DNA of 64,000 nt from an uncultured virus (IMG/VR IMGVR_UViG_3300008111_000114). Lineage: Duplodnaviria > Heunggongvirae > Uroviricota > Caudoviricetes. The stretch lies in IMG/VR virus record IMGVR_UViG_3300008111_000114; one strand, written 5' to 3'. Below are positions 10,112-21,071 of the stretch, piece after piece (positions within the stretch are counted from its first letter, which is position 1; each line of letters begins with the position of its first letter). A program made the position numbers and the translations under genes. Below the pieces are notes generated by a model. That model ran no database searches. It saw nothing but the letters and a program-made list of their open reading frames with translations, and had not been told where the DNA came from.

Positions 10112-13100
10112 TGTTAAATTTCCCAGCTATTAAGACCAAGATTGACACGTCTCATAATATAGAGCCATCCCAGAAGGTGTGGCTTGAATGGAACTATAAT
10201 GCTACGGCAGGAATCCAAGAGATGGGTATTGATGACGTAAAGCTATATGAGTGGGACAATGATAAGTCTGAGTTAAAAGTTCTAGAGACATCTACGGTAT
10301 ACAACAAATATTACGAATCTCTGTACCCATTAACATCAGTAGTTAGTTTAGTAAGGCCTAGCGAATATGCTGTGCATAATAATCAAAAGGTGGGCGGAGT
10401 TGTAAAAGCAATTGCTGGATCTACCTCTGGTAATACAACATATAACCATAATGCCGCATCCAGAAACTACTTTGCATCAAAAGACGACGGGTATAAATAC
10501 TGGGCTCATATCCGTAAGGGTCAAGCATCTACTGCAGTAAACAAATCAATTTATGCAATATATGACAGAAGCATACAGGTAAATAAGATCGTTGTTAAGT
10601 TTGAGACATTCCACACAACTCCACAGGCATATAAGATTTTTGTAAGAGTTGCTGGATCATGGGTAGAAGCATATGCCTCTACGACCCCAATAACAAATGG
10701 TGGTCTTATCCTATACCGTGGTGCGACAGCTTGGAGCACTACCAAGCATACTGCACCAAGCATATCTACAAATACCCAGACCATAAGCGGTATAAAGGTA
10801 TTAGTAGAATCTGTAAATGTTGGATATGTTCCAGTTGAGATTATTGAAATGTCTCCTAGATTAGAGATTGATATTAGCGAAGATGTAGTGTCATGGTCTG
10901 TTAATAAGACTTTATATGAAGATCATGAAGTATTGCCAGTAGGAACAATCAGTTCAAATTCGGCAGAAATAAATTTTGATAACACATTTAATAACTTTAG
11001 CTATGAAAAGACTGATGCTAAGTATTATGGAATGATTGACAAGCGTGTAGGTGTAAGAATATATTCAGTTATTGATGGTATTGATATCCCGCAGTTTACA
11101 GGTTTTGTGGACTCATGGTCGATATCTGCAAATGATACTGCTACTGCAAGCTGTTATGACATGGCAAAAATACTTCAGCAAACACAAGCACCAGATATGG
11201 TTATTGGATTTAACTACTCTCTAAATAAACTTATGCGTACGGCCTTTGATGGTATTGGACTAAATGAGCTTATCCTAGATGCTAATGCTGATGATAAAGA
11301 TAGCGTACCAGTATTCTGGATGAATAAAGAACAAACATTCTGGGAAGCATTGCAACAACTTTGCATATCACACCAATGCGTTATTTATTTCGACGAATAT
11401 GGAAGACCAGTATTCAAGTCAAGAAAGTCTGTGTTAGATTCAGCAAGCGTAGAGCAAAAGCTAACCTATGCACAGGATGGAACCCTTGTGCCAAACATTA
11501 TTAGCGTAGGGCAATCTGCCAAACCACGTATTGGATCTTTAACCGTAAAGTATTCAAGAAGATCGTTTGAGACGCAAAATGATTTGCTTACAACATATAA
11601 CCTAGCAAGTTCTGGTAAGTCTAAAGAGTCTGTAATGTTTAGAGGATCTACTTACGCCACAGTTTTGTGGGCACCAGATAAGTCTTGGGTGCTAGGAGCG
11701 GTACCATTGGCATATGCTATATCTGCAACTGCCACAGAGATTGATATTCAAAAGCCAGAGCTATATCAGATACTAGAAAAGAACAAAGAGCCTGTATACA
11801 AGATGCTTTATGGTTTGCCTCAACTATCAGGATATTTTTACCTTAACGGAGAGATTATTTATTATGGTGCCACACAGTTTAAGATTACATATAAAGATGG
11901 TCGTGGAGAAGAGCTAAAGAATATTGCTACAATGGAAGAGTACCAGTCTTTGGTTAACTCTGATCCAGGAATTAATTTAATCATTCATAATGGTAAGTTA
12001 ACAAATGTTAAGCGTGGGCAGTTTATGACTACGGCTAAAGCACATAATCCAGTATCAGTAGATAATGGTGACTGGACGCTAAAGCAATTTAAAATTGGCG
12101 GGTCTGCCGCAGTAAAGAATTTATCAACCCCTAAGTTTGATATTGGCAATAGAGCACTTAAGTTAAGCACAGACAATGACTCTGGTGCTAGCTCATTAGA
12201 TAAGCTAAAGCAAGATGAAAGAAGAAGCCATATTCAACTAGGATCTGTTAATCTAAAGAAGAATAACTATAAGAGATTTGAGGCAAACATGATGTTTGTC
12301 AAGCAAGAACCTACAGAAAAGGTGGGGGATGTAGACAGCATCGGCGGTATATTCTTTGACTTCAATGAGTCTAACAAAACAGGATACTTTATTGAGTTAG
12401 GGTTAGAGGATACAACTTTATCTTATAAGAAGGCAGACAAGAACAAGAGCATAATGATTTACAAGGTCAAAGCTGATGGAACCATGGAAATACTTGGATC
12501 TACTGATGCTCCTGCTGGTCGTGCAAAAAGAGATGGTGCCGATACAATATTTAAAGACAGCGTTTCGTTTGTAGAAAAACAAAATTATGACATGCAGGTT
12601 GTTAGAATAAAGAGCGGCGGAACAAACTGGATTGATTTATACATAATGGGTCAACTAGTTCTTCAGGTAGAAGACAAGACACCTCTAGCTCCTACTACTA
12701 TGGCTGGATGTTTTGTGCGTGGAGACAGCACAGCATTCTTTTCTAAGTTTGCAGCATGGGGAGCAAACGACGAGTCAACTTTACAAGACGGATCATTCTT
12801 TGCAGATTCTATCCGTGGATTTATGACAGAGGTTATTGCTGCAGGAAGTATGGGCGTTCCAAGCAAAAATAGTTTAGAGAATGACTACGACTATTATGAG
12901 TTTTACCCACATATAAGAGAGATCAGAATTGCAGAGTTTGATTATACTCAACCTCCAGGATCTCCAATCAAGATTGCTGCTGGTGCATCTGTATCTCAAT
13001 ATGGGGCAACAATCCTAGAATCAAATTCGTTTAGAGCTAAGATTGCAGCGGCTAACGAGACTAATGAGCCATTAGATATATCAAGTTCATTCCCAGGAAC

Positions 13101-13488
13101 CGCAGCAGCGGGCTACCCTAAGTTGCTTGGGTATACGCTAAAGAAGTTTGAGCCAAAGGAGTATAAGACTACAGTATCTAAATCAAGCGGGGACGACTCG
13201 AAGTTTGAAATAGATAGCGAATGGATTCAGGCTGAGTCACAGGCAAAAGACATAGCCGAATTTATTAAGGCTAACTCAGCTATCGTAAAGGCTGGTAAGA
13301 CTAATGATCCTATTATTCTTGATGTAGAAATATTTACCAACCCTCTATTACAGCTGGGGGATACGGTAGACGTAGCATATCCAGATTTAGGCTTGTCTTA
13401 TTCATCACATTCCTTTATAATTACTAGTATAAGTCAATCTTTTAGTAGTGGAATATCTACCAATATAAGACTTCAGGAAGTAATATGA
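10111..13488 (+). CDS. Large minor tail/baseplate hub protein
   Basis: 1125 aa with a 'YFDEYGRPVF' hub motif and C-terminal 'NPLLQLGDTV.V....L.......IITSI' typical of Tal/hub proteins. Confidence 0.7.
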   Translation: MLNFPAIKTKIDTSHNIEPSQKVWLEWNYNATAGIQEMGIDDVKLYEWDNDKSELKVLETSTVYNKYYESLYPLTSVVSLVRPSEYAVHNNQKVGGVVKAIAGSTSGNTTYNHNAASRNYFASKDDGYKYWAHIRKGQASTAVNKSIYAIYDRSIQVNKIVVKFETFHTTPQAYKIFVRVAGSWVEAYASTTPITNGGLILYRGATAWSTTKHTAPSISTNTQTISGIKVLVESVNVGYVPVEIIEMSPRLEIDISEDVVSWSVNKTLYEDHEVLPVGTISSNSAEINFDNTFNNFSYEKTDAKYYGMIDKRVGVRIYSVIDGIDIPQFTGFVDSWSISANDTATASCYDMAKILQQTQAPDMVIGFNYSLNKLMRTAFDGIGLNELILDANADDKDSVPVFWMNKEQTFWEALQQLCISHQCVIYFDEYGRPVFKSRKSVLDSASVEQKLTYAQDGTLVPNIISVGQSAKPRIGSLTVKYSRRSFETQNDLLTTYNLASSGKSKESVMFRGSTYATVLWAPDKSWVLGAVPLAYAISATATEIDIQKPELYQILEKNKEPVYKMLYGLPQLSGYFYLNGEIIYYGATQFKITYKDGRGEELKNIATMEEYQSLVNSDPGINLIIHNGKLTNVKRGQFMTTAKAHNPVSVDNGDWTLKQFKIGGSAAVKNLSTPKFDIGNRALKLSTDNDSGASSLDKLKQDERRSHIQLGSVNLKKNNYKRFEANMMFVKQEPTEKVGDVDSIGGIFFDFNESNKTGYFIELGLEDTTLSYKKADKNKSIMIYKVKADGTMEILGSTDAPAGRAKRDGADTIFKDSVSFVEKQNYDMQVVRIKSGGTNWIDLYIMGQLVLQVEDKTPLAPTTMAGCFVRGDSTAFFSKFAAWGANDESTLQDGSFFADSIRGFMTEVIAAGSMGVPSKNSLENDYDYYEFYPHIREIRIAEFDYTQPPGSPIKIAAGASVSQYGATILESNSFRAKIAAANETNEPLDISSSFPGTAAAGYPKLLGYTLKKFEPKEYKTTVSKSSGDDSKFEIDSEWIQAESQAKDIAEFIKANSAIVKAGKTNDPIILDVEIFTNPLLQLGDTVDVAYPDLGLSYSSHSFIITSISQSFSSGISTNIRLQEVI

Positions 13489-13874
13489 CCAATAAAAAGA
13501 TAGCATACGGAAATAGAACGGTAAAGAGCGACGAAGAGCTCTTTGCCCCAGACGACCTAGACGTAGAAATTGTAGGCGGTAAGTCCCAGACAGACCCGTT
13601 TGGCTATCTAACAATAGAGTATGAAGGTGTAGAAGGTAATATCTTAACTGAGTCTGGCAAGACAAAGGGTAAGACTGGAAAATCTGGAGAGTTTGAAGAA
13701 GAAGAGGATGACGGAGAAGAGACAGAAGAAAAACTAGGATCCGTAACATCCGTACTATTTGAGCAAGAAGGTTCATTTACTGGGGATGGAACATACCTGG
13801 CAAATGTTACTGCAATTATATCTGATGTAAAAGGAGCTGACGACTATGACGTTGAATTTATCAAAATCTCTTAA
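13485..13874 (+). CDS. Acidic hypothetical protein, tail module
   Basis: 129 aa, overlaps both neighbours. Confidence 0.45.
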   Translation: MTNKKIAYGNRTVKSDEELFAPDDLDVEIVGGKSQTDPFGYLTIEYEGVEGNILTESGKTKGKTGKSGEFEEEEDDGEETEEKLGSVTSVLFEQEGSFTGDGTYLANVTAIISDVKGADDYDVEFIKIS

Positions 13875-14802
13875 AGGTGAGTATGTCTTTTATAGAGACG
13901 GAATTGAGGTTGCTCGCTCTAAAAATATTATTACTAATAATGGTAAAGAGCAAATAATTAATTATTTGTCTAGACAGAATTCTGAGTATGGTTCAAGAAT
14001 AGTGCTGGGCTGCGGGTCATCAACCCCAGCAGCAACAGATGAGTTTGTTGGTTTTGAAATGTTTCCAACACCCGTACAGTTTAAAACTGTAGACTACACA
14101 CAAACACCAACACAAGTAGTTTTTAGAACAACTCTTCCTTCTACATTTAAGGGTGTAGTTTACGAAGCTGGGTTATCTACAACTGGCGGAGTAAATCTTT
14201 CTGACCTAAACGATGTAAATGATAACCAGGAAATATTTGCAACATTTGATCAGGACTATGAGTCTTGGGAATTATCTGCTGGCGTTACATTTCACGCAAA
14301 TGATTTAGAGGGCACACCAAGATTACGAGTCGGTGATTCTGGTCTAGAATTTGTTGTTCCATCATCATCAGTAAAACAATCTACTTGGTATGGAGCAACC
14401 CCACTAGATTATTTAATTTCATCAGATAAAATTAAGATTGCTTTCCATGTATCTGGATCTATCCCAAGCTCAGTTGGAGTAAAAATGTCTGTGGATAGTT
14501 TGAACTATTTCCAGTACACAATACCTTCATCAAGCATATCTTTAGGATATAACATAGTAACAATAAATTTTGCACAACTATCTCGTGTAGGAGATCCAAA
14601 CATTGAGAACACTCAAGAGCTATCAGTAATAGTTTCTTCTGGTGCTTCCGCAACAACAGTAACAATGGATGCCATGAGATTTGATCAGTACTCAAATGTT
14701 GACAAGCCAGTTCTAGTTAGCAGATCATTACTTACAACACCGCTAGTAGTAGAAGGCGGGGTCCCATTTGATGTTGAGTATAGATTGGGGTTTAGTATTT
14801 AA
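13846..14802 (+). CDS. Minor tail/baseplate protein
   Basis: 318 aa; N-terminal 'KNIITNNGK..I..YL' and 'YEAGL' motifs seen in tail-fibre-collar/baseplate proteins. Confidence 0.55.
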   Translation: MTLNLSKSLKGEYVFYRDGIEVARSKNIITNNGKEQIINYLSRQNSEYGSRIVLGCGSSTPAATDEFVGFEMFPTPVQFKTVDYTQTPTQVVFRTTLPSTFKGVVYEAGLSTTGGVNLSDLNDVNDNQEIFATFDQDYESWELSAGVTFHANDLEGTPRLRVGDSGLEFVVPSSSVKQSTWYGATPLDYLISSDKIKIAFHVSGSIPSSVGVKMSVDSLNYFQYTIPSSSISLGYNIVTINFAQLSRVGDPNIENTQELSVIVSSGASATTVTMDAMRFDQYSNVDKPVLVSRSLLTTPLVVEGGVPFDVEYRLGFSI

Positions 14803-17675
14803 TGCCAGCTAAGAAAAAGATATCTGGACTAACACCAGGAACTTGGGCGTTTAGATTTAGACCTAAAGCTAATGATGGAAGAATAGGTGATTGGTCTGGA
14901 GCATTTAACTATACTGTTCTAGGAGATACAACTCCACCACCAGTACCTTCAAAGCCAACTGTAGAAGCTGTTATGGGCGGGGTATTTGTAAAGTGGGTAG
15001 AGTCTCTTTACCAAACACCTATAGATTTTAACAGAGTTGATGTTTATGTTTCAACAGGTGGAGCGTATACTAAATTTGGCTCCATTGCTACAATTAATGG
15101 CGGAATAACATATTCGGCTCCAGATGGGGTTACTGGTCCATTTACATTTAAATTTACTGGAGTAGATAGAAGCGGAAACGTATCTGCATTTTCAGAAGCA
15201 TCAAATTCAATTTCTGCACTATCCCTTGATATAGATACAACACCTCCATCAGTACCATCTGGACTTACAGTTTTAGCATACAATGACCCAGCAGATAAAA
15301 GTGGTGCAACTGGTTATGTGGACGTATCTTGGACTGGATCATCTTCTGCAGACTTGTTAGGTCATTATATTAGATATGGAAGATCAGCAACAGTTTGGGA
15401 TGCCTATGAGTTTATGGAAAAAGGCCAGACAACAAAAAGAATAACTAATTTAAGATCTGGAATAACATATTATTTTCAAATAAATGCTACGGATGGAAGT
15501 AACCCTAGTGCATATATACCAGCAACACCAGTAACAGCAACAGTTCCTGGTGATACAACTGGTCCAGCAGCACCCTCTGGATTGGTAGCAGTTGCTGGAT
15601 TCAATAATATTATTGCATACTGGAATAGAAATACTGAAGGCGACGTAGACCTTGGACGTGGAACATACCAGTTTCAACTTTCAACATCAAATACATTTTC
15701 TCCATTAACGCAAGATAGAACAATTACTGGTACTGTAGCTTCGTTTACTGGACTTACAACTGGAACAACATACTATGTTCGTGTTCGTGCTATTGATTCA
15801 TCTGGAAATATAGGAGCATGGTCTGCTGTAGCTACAGCAGTTCCTGGAAAAATTAATGCACAGACATCTATTACTGACGGAACTATTGTCGGAGACCTTA
15901 TAGCAGCAACTACAATTGTTGGTGACAAATTAATTACAAATACAATTGATGCTGATAGGCTTAAGACAAATACTGGAATTGTTGGAAAACTTTTTGTAGG
16001 GGATGACGCTGGTGCAAATAAGATTACAATTGACGGAACAGCAGCCCTCCCAGCTATATATTATGGTACTGGAACATACAACAATGCAAATACACCATTT
16101 TATTTTGATGCCTTGGGTAAGTTTAGCTTAAAGGATCAGCTAACATGGAATGGCTCTACGCTTTCGGTAAAGGGATCATTGAATGTTACACAAGCTTCTA
16201 CATTTACTGGGAATGTTACCTTAAGTAGTGGTGGAGATCTTTTATTAAATGGCGGGGCTATTAGAGCAACTGGGTCAACAGGAAGAGTAGAGATAGGAAG
16301 CCTTGGTGTATACGGATACAATGCAACTACTGGAGGAACTGCTTTAGTTAGGATTGATGCAAATACTGGGCAATTAATTGCTCAGGGTGGAACTATTGGT
16401 GGGTGGACAATTAATCCAAGCTCTTTAACAACTACAAATACAGCTGGGCAAACAGTAGGTTTATATTCTGATGGAAAGCTTTATATGGGGCCAAACTTCT
16501 CAGTTGGAGCCGACGGATCTGTAACGGTTAGTGGAATAATTACAGTTGTTGGAACTGGTTCAAACGTAGCTAAAACCTCAGACCTTGATGGAAAAGTTGG
16601 TAAGGCTGATGTTAAAAACCATTTAGGTGGTGAAAATACTACCACTATTAGTGGCGGTATTATTAATACTGGAACCATTAACCTTAATAATGTTAAGGTT
16701 AATACTGGAACAACTGGGTCAAGAATAGATATAGATTCTACTGGACTAAAGGCTTATGACGCTAATGGTCTAACAGTTTCAATTAATTCAAACGGAACAG
16801 CGCAGTTTAAAGGAACAATTACTGGCTCTACTGGAAATATTGGCGGATGGACTATTGGAACCGATACACTTACCTCTGCTACTGGCGGAACAGTTATTCG
16901 TGGTAATGGAAAGATTTATATTGGAACAGATGGAGACGATGCCTTAACTCTATCAGAGGGATCAAACATAGCAATGTTTGCTTCAACTGGATCTACTTCA
17001 ACAATTAACTTTTTTACATCATCAAGTCCATCTTTAGCAGACAGTAGGATTGAGCAGACATCAGGAGGCGACTGGGTTGTCAAGGGCTACTATGCTGGAA
17101 CATACAGAACTTCTCTTTTGGCAAGAACATATGTTGTTGAAGGTGCACTTGTGCAAGCATACAACAATTCCACCACACAAGGTCCTCTTTATGTAAGAAG
17201 AGATAATGGAACTCAGGCTCTGCTAAATACAGAACTTGGAACATCAACATCTATAATTCAGTTCCAAAAATCATTTGCTGGGGGAAGCACATACACTAAC
17301 GTTGGAAGAATTAACGTAGGTGGCACAACAACCACCCCGACGTTTGCGGCAGGATCAGACGAAAGACTTAAGAAGAATATTGAAGTATTTAATGACTACA
17401 GCTTCCTAGAAGATATTAAAAATATAAATACTTATAAATTCCACTCCTTGGAGGACCTTGATAGCAATAGAAAGATAATTGGATTTTTGGCTAAAGAGTT
17501 TTATCCTAAATATCCAGATATTGTCAGCGGCATACCAGATCAAGTAGATGATGACGGTAGCCCAATCTATATGGAAATAAATAGAGAAAACCTAATACCT
17601 CATCTATTTAATGCTGTTAAGTTTTTATCATTAAAGATTGAAGAACTAGAAGAAAAGGTGAATAATAATGTATGA
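14802..17675 (+). CDS. Tail fibre/receptor-binding protein with fibronectin-III repeats and C-terminal intramolecular chaperone (peptidase S74-like)
   Basis: Repeated 'DTTPP..PS', 'GL..GTTYY.RVRA.D.SGN' FN3 signatures, GxIGGWTI repeats, and 'SDERLKKNI...GFLAKE' autochaperone motif. Confidence 0.8.
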   Translation: MPAKKKISGLTPGTWAFRFRPKANDGRIGDWSGAFNYTVLGDTTPPPVPSKPTVEAVMGGVFVKWVESLYQTPIDFNRVDVYVSTGGAYTKFGSIATINGGITYSAPDGVTGPFTFKFTGVDRSGNVSAFSEASNSISALSLDIDTTPPSVPSGLTVLAYNDPADKSGATGYVDVSWTGSSSADLLGHYIRYGRSATVWDAYEFMEKGQTTKRITNLRSGITYYFQINATDGSNPSAYIPATPVTATVPGDTTGPAAPSGLVAVAGFNNIIAYWNRNTEGDVDLGRGTYQFQLSTSNTFSPLTQDRTITGTVASFTGLTTGTTYYVRVRAIDSSGNIGAWSAVATAVPGKINAQTSITDGTIVGDLIAATTIVGDKLITNTIDADRLKTNTGIVGKLFVGDDAGANKITIDGTAALPAIYYGTGTYNNANTPFYFDALGKFSLKDQLTWNGSTLSVKGSLNVTQASTFTGNVTLSSGGDLLLNGGAIRATGSTGRVEIGSLGVYGYNATTGGTALVRIDANTGQLIAQGGTIGGWTINPSSLTTTNTAGQTVGLYSDGKLYMGPNFSVGADGSVTVSGIITVVGTGSNVAKTSDLDGKVGKADVKNHLGGENTTTISGGIINTGTINLNNVKVNTGTTGSRIDIDSTGLKAYDANGLTVSINSNGTAQFKGTITGSTGNIGGWTIGTDTLTSATGGTVIRGNGKIYIGTDGDDALTLSEGSNIAMFASTGSTSTINFFTSSSPSLADSRIEQTSGGDWVVKGYYAGTYRTSLLARTYVVEGALVQAYNNSTTQGPLYVRRDNGTQALLNTELGTSTSIIQFQKSFAGGSTYTNVGRINVGGTTTTPTFAAGSDERLKKNIEVFNDYSFLEDIKNINTYKFHSLEDLDSNRKIIGFLAKEFYPKYPDIVSGIPDQVDDDGSPIYMEINRENLIPHLFNAVKFLSLKIEELEEKVNNNV

Positions 17676-17841
17676 TATAGGAAGAACTGAAGATCTATCA
17701 AAGTATACGGTCATAGATGAGGATGGTAATATCCTAGCAGTGTATAAATATAAGCTAAAGGCTAGGCATCACGCAGACGCACTGAATCGTGGAGAAGAGT
17801 ATGTCCCGAAGCCAGACTCCGACTATGAGTTTTTAGGCTAG
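17668..17841 (+). CDS. Small hypothetical protein (57 aa)
   Basis: ATG overlaps the tail-fibre stop; MYDIGRTEDL...DYEFLG; below the ORF-track cutoff. Confidence 0.5.
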   Translation: MYDIGRTEDLSKYTVIDEDGNILAVYKYKLKARHHADALNRGEEYVPKPDSDYEFLG

Positions 17842-17890
17842 ACAAACTTAATATATTAATATATAATGGTATAGAGAGAAAAGGAATAAT

Positions 17891-18052
17891 ATGACACAAA
17901 GCACATTAGAGCTAGTCGTTACCGCATTGCAACAGCGTATCGGAGAGATTGTCTCAAATTATGAGACACAAGTTGCTGTTCTTAGAGCAGAAATAACAAA
18001 ACTAACTGATGATAAGAAAAATGTGGAAAAAGAAACCACAGACAAAAACTAG
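17891..18052 (+). CDS. Small coiled-coil protein (53 aa)
   Basis: RBS AAGGA and an upstream TAGACA...TATAAT promoter; MTQSTLELVVTALQQRIGE... Confidence 0.55.
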   Translation: MTQSTLELVVTALQQRIGEIVSNYETQVAVLRAEITKLTDDKKNVEKETTDKN

Positions 18053-18428
18053 TATCCAGCCGCCTTTAGTTCCTACAGCATACCCTAGCGGTGTTGCTGT
18101 GTTTGATGGGGTTAATACTTATTTTATTAAGAATAATAAAAAGTACAGAATAATCTCTGAGAGGGCTGTAAAAAGCTGGGGGTTTAAGGTTTGGTATGGA
18201 AGTCCAGAGTCACTGTCAAAAATCGTTCTAGGGGGCATTCTAGCCTTTAGAGACGGCAGTGTGATCAAGGACGTATCAAATGGTAAAATATATTTAGTGG
18301 TAAACGGTTTAAAGCAGCATATAACTACCCCAGATTTCTTTACCAAGTTTGGCGTAGATCCTGAATATATTATTGAGGTAAGTGCTAAAGAAGCCGATTT
18401 ACATAAAAATGGGGAGCCTATAAATTGA
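18021..18428 (+). CDS. Hypothetical protein with internally repeated beta-rich module
   Basis: ORF track 18009-18428; two similar units ('TYFIKNNKKYRI' / 'IYLVVNGLKQHI'). Confidence 0.5.
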   Translation: MWKKKPQTKTSIQPPLVPTAYPSGVAVFDGVNTYFIKNNKKYRIISERAVKSWGFKVWYGSPESLSKIVLGGILAFRDGSVIKDVSNGKIYLVVNGLKQHITTPDFFTKFGVDPEYIIEVSAKEADLHKNGEPIN

Positions 18429-19024
18429 CGATTAATTACCTGAAGCCATTCGAGCCAGGAGAGCCTATTGACATTAATACGCTTAACAAGCTTATTCAAA
18501 ATGTTAACTTCTTGGCATCACAGATTGCTCAGATATATAGACTTCCTGCTGTTCAAGCACCTGTAGTAACAGTAAGCGGTGCTACTGGTAATACTTCTGG
18601 AACCCCAAATGTTGCTGGAAACAATGGCGACGGATCGGATGGATCTGGAGACCAGAAGTCTAAGGAACAGATTTCATTAAGTATAACTAAATCAGCAGAC
18701 TTTAGAAAGACAGGACAATCACAGTCATTTGAGGTTACTCAGGCTATGGTCGAATCTGTAACTAAGAAGTCAGTAAAAGGATTTACAATTCTTACATTAG
18801 ATATAGGAAACCTTATGTTTCATAAAAAGGGAGACTCGTCAACACGATACAAGGCCTCTGGTGCCAAGATGACGGGAATCAAAGCTTCTGGTAAAGTGGT
18901 TTCATATACACCAAACAAAGATACTGATTACAAGGCTGGAGTTAATGCTCCTCAGCAAATCAATACAAGTCCATACTTCAGGTTGTACTTCACCGCAGAC
19001 ATTCAGGTTGAAGTAACCTATTGA
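18425..19024 (+). CDS. Hypothetical protein (possibly virion-associated)
   Basis: 199-aa ORF overlapping the upstream gene. Confidence 0.45.
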   Translation: MTINYLKPFEPGEPIDINTLNKLIQNVNFLASQIAQIYRLPAVQAPVVTVSGATGNTSGTPNVAGNNGDGSDGSGDQKSKEQISLSITKSADFRKTGQSQSFEVTQAMVESVTKKSVKGFTILTLDIGNLMFHKKGDSSTRYKASGAKMTGIKASGKVVSYTPNKDTDYKAGVNAPQQINTSPYFRLYFTADIQVEVTY

Positions 19025-19025
19025 T

Positions 19026-19289
19026 ATGTATAGGCCAATTTCTAATTGGGCTAAGCGTAAACGTAAAAAACTAAATAAATATATTGTGATCTGGGTTCCA
19101 GAGCACCCTAAGTCCTTTGATGGCGGGTGGTACTATGAACACCGCCTAGTAGTAGAAAGAAACCTAGGAAGAGTCTTAAATGATTGGGAAACTATCCATC
19201 ATATAGATGAGAACACAGAGAATAATAGTTTAAACAATCTTTTTCCTTGCACAGAAAAAGAACATAGATACGCCCACAAAACTGCTTGA
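19026..19289 (+). CDS. Small HNH endonuclease
   Basis: 'YEHRLVVE..LGR.L...E.IHHIDEN..NN.L.NL' HNH motif. Confidence 0.8.
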   Translation: MYRPISNWAKRKRKKLNKYIVIWVPEHPKSFDGGWYYEHRLVVERNLGRVLNDWETIHHIDENTENNSLNNLFPCTEKEHRYAHKTA

Positions 19290-19315
19290 CAGGATACTCA
19301 GGGCACTAGTAGAAT
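19287..19315 (+). promoter_or_regulatory. Sigma-A-like promoter for the replication gene block
   Basis: TTGACA followed at canonical spacing by TAGAAT, upstream of the RBS of 19343. Confidence 0.6.
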
Positions 19316-19342
19316 AGTATATAAGAGCGAGAAAGGCTTTTA

Positions 19343-20143
19343 ATGAGCAACGATTTGAAATGGATGCTTTCATCCGACCAGCAGTTCCCATACCAAGATG
19401 ATAAGATGATTGAGCTATGGTTTAAAGTAATGAAATGGTTTAAGCCAGACGTAGTAGATTATCTTGGGGATACCGATGATCAGGCATGCTATAGCAAGTA
19501 TACAGAAGGCCGATCTGCCGAATTCTTAAACTTTCACAAGACAGATAGTAAAGATTTAATTGTTCCAATGATGCGCCATGAAGCAAAGGGCGCAAGAGAT
19601 TTTTATGTAAAGACTCGTGAGATGCTTCCAGATGCACAATTGTTTTCAGCACTAGGAAATCACGATGTAAGAATTTTTGATTACTTGGATAAGAAGCTTC
19701 CAGATTATGTTAATGAAGTAACTCCAGAAGCCCTGTGGTCATTAGACTCTTTGGGCTACGAGTATATTTATTATAACGAACTACCTAAGCGCAGATTTGG
19801 AGATATCCATGTTCACCATGGAATTTCAATTGCTGCAACGGGATCTGTTCGTAAAGACATGGAAGATCTACAAGTATCTCTAATCCGTGGACACTCACAC
19901 AGAATTGCATCACATCTTGTAACTTATGAATTAAGAAACAACGGAGATGGTGAAACACTTCGTGGCTACGAGATTGGTCACATGTGTGACGAAAAGGGTC
20001 CAGGAATGAAATACACACAGCACCATGACTGGCAAAAGGGGTTTGCAATTGCACATATTGTAAATGACTACCCACATATACAGATGATTCATGTTGCTCC
20101 AGACTATTCATGCGTAGTTGACGGTAAGGTATTCAAGCTATGA
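19343..20143 (+). CDS. Calcineurin-like metallophosphoesterase
   Basis: Motifs SD.Q, LGD..D, GNHD, HHG, GHSH. Confidence 0.85.
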   Translation: MSNDLKWMLSSDQQFPYQDDKMIELWFKVMKWFKPDVVDYLGDTDDQACYSKYTEGRSAEFLNFHKTDSKDLIVPMMRHEAKGARDFYVKTREMLPDAQLFSALGNHDVRIFDYLDKKLPDYVNEVTPEALWSLDSLGYEYIYYNELPKRRFGDIHVHHGISIAATGSVRKDMEDLQVSLIRGHSHRIASHLVTYELRNNGDGETLRGYEIGHMCDEKGPGMKYTQHHDWQKGFAIAHIVNDYPHIQMIHVAPDYSCVVDGKVFKL

Positions 20144-20331
20144 TGTCTTGCAAGAGATGCAAGGGTGGCAGAGTTTTTATAGACAGAGTGTACTCACAAT
20201 ATGACCACCTAGAGTTATATTGTTTAATGTGCGCTAAGCGTTGGGTTTTTCACAAACAAGGGAGTAAGTTCGCTTTATGGCTACTGAGAAAAGAAGCAGA
20301 AAGAGCACAGGCTTACGGTACTTTTTCCTAA
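20140..20331 (+). CDS. Small zinc-ribbon protein
   Basis: CxxC...CxxC, 63 aa. Confidence 0.55.
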   Translation: MMSCKRCKGGRVFIDRVYSQYDHLELYCLMCAKRWVFHKQGSKFALWLLRKEAERAQAYGTFS

Positions 20332-20792
20332 ACGGGGAGCTTCATAAGAAGCTTCACGTAAACAGATCATCAGATATGATGACTGCTTGGAATTATAACC
20401 AGAGTAAGCGTGTTGGTTATTCGTGGAGTGATGCTAAGAAAAGTCTTCAGCATGCATACACGATTAATGAGACTGCTGATTTATTAAATAGGCATCGTAA
20501 TCGTATATTAGAATATATTGATGAGGGGCATGTAAAGAAGCCTCAGATGTCCTACACCCTTGACGAAAAGCGCAAGCCTGTGAAATACTTTTTATCAGAA
20601 GATGATGTTATGGATGTGAGAGATTTCTTGTCCACACTTCATCGTGGTAGACCTAGAAAAGACGGATTGGTTACTTCCAAAGACGTTCCGACAAAACAAG
20701 AGCTGAGGGCTAAGATCAAAAATGAAACTATTCTTTATCAGCAGACTGAGGATGGAGATTATATACCCGTATGGAAGCAACCAGAGTGGTGA
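20277..20792 (+). CDS. Helix-turn-helix (MerR/excisionase-like) DNA-binding protein
   Basis: 'YTINETADLLNRHRNRILEYIDEG' HTH plus an RGRP AT-hook-like motif. Confidence 0.65.
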   Translation: MATEKRSRKSTGLRYFFLNGELHKKLHVNRSSDMMTAWNYNQSKRVGYSWSDAKKSLQHAYTINETADLLNRHRNRILEYIDEGHVKKPQMSYTLDEKRKPVKYFLSEDDVMDVRDFLSTLHRGRPRKDGLVTSKDVPTKQELRAKIKNETILYQQTEDGDYIPVWKQPEW

Positions 20793-20795
20793 CAA

Positions 20796-21071
20796 ATGAC
20801 AACTAAAAAAGCTGCGCCTAAAAAGAAAAAGAAGCAAGAAGTCCAAGAAGAAACAATGGATATACATCTTAATACTAATCTAGCATTTTCTAGAGCAGCA
20901 GTGTACTTAGAGGAAGCTGGGGAAGTTGCAGTTAATTCTAGAAACATTGAGGGAATGCTTACTGTGGCAAAAGGTTGGATGGAATTAGGCGATATGATGG
21001 ACACTGGACAGCAACCACCTAAACGTGCTAGACTAGGATTTGGAATACAAGAAGGGGAAGATAATGACTGA
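20796..21071 (+). CDS. Hypothetical protein
   Basis: 91-aa ORF in operon. Confidence 0.5.
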   Translation: MTTKKAAPKKKKKQEVQEETMDIHLNTNLAFSRAAVYLEEAGEVAVNSRNIEGMLTVAKGWMELGDMMDTGQQPPKRARLGFGIQEGEDND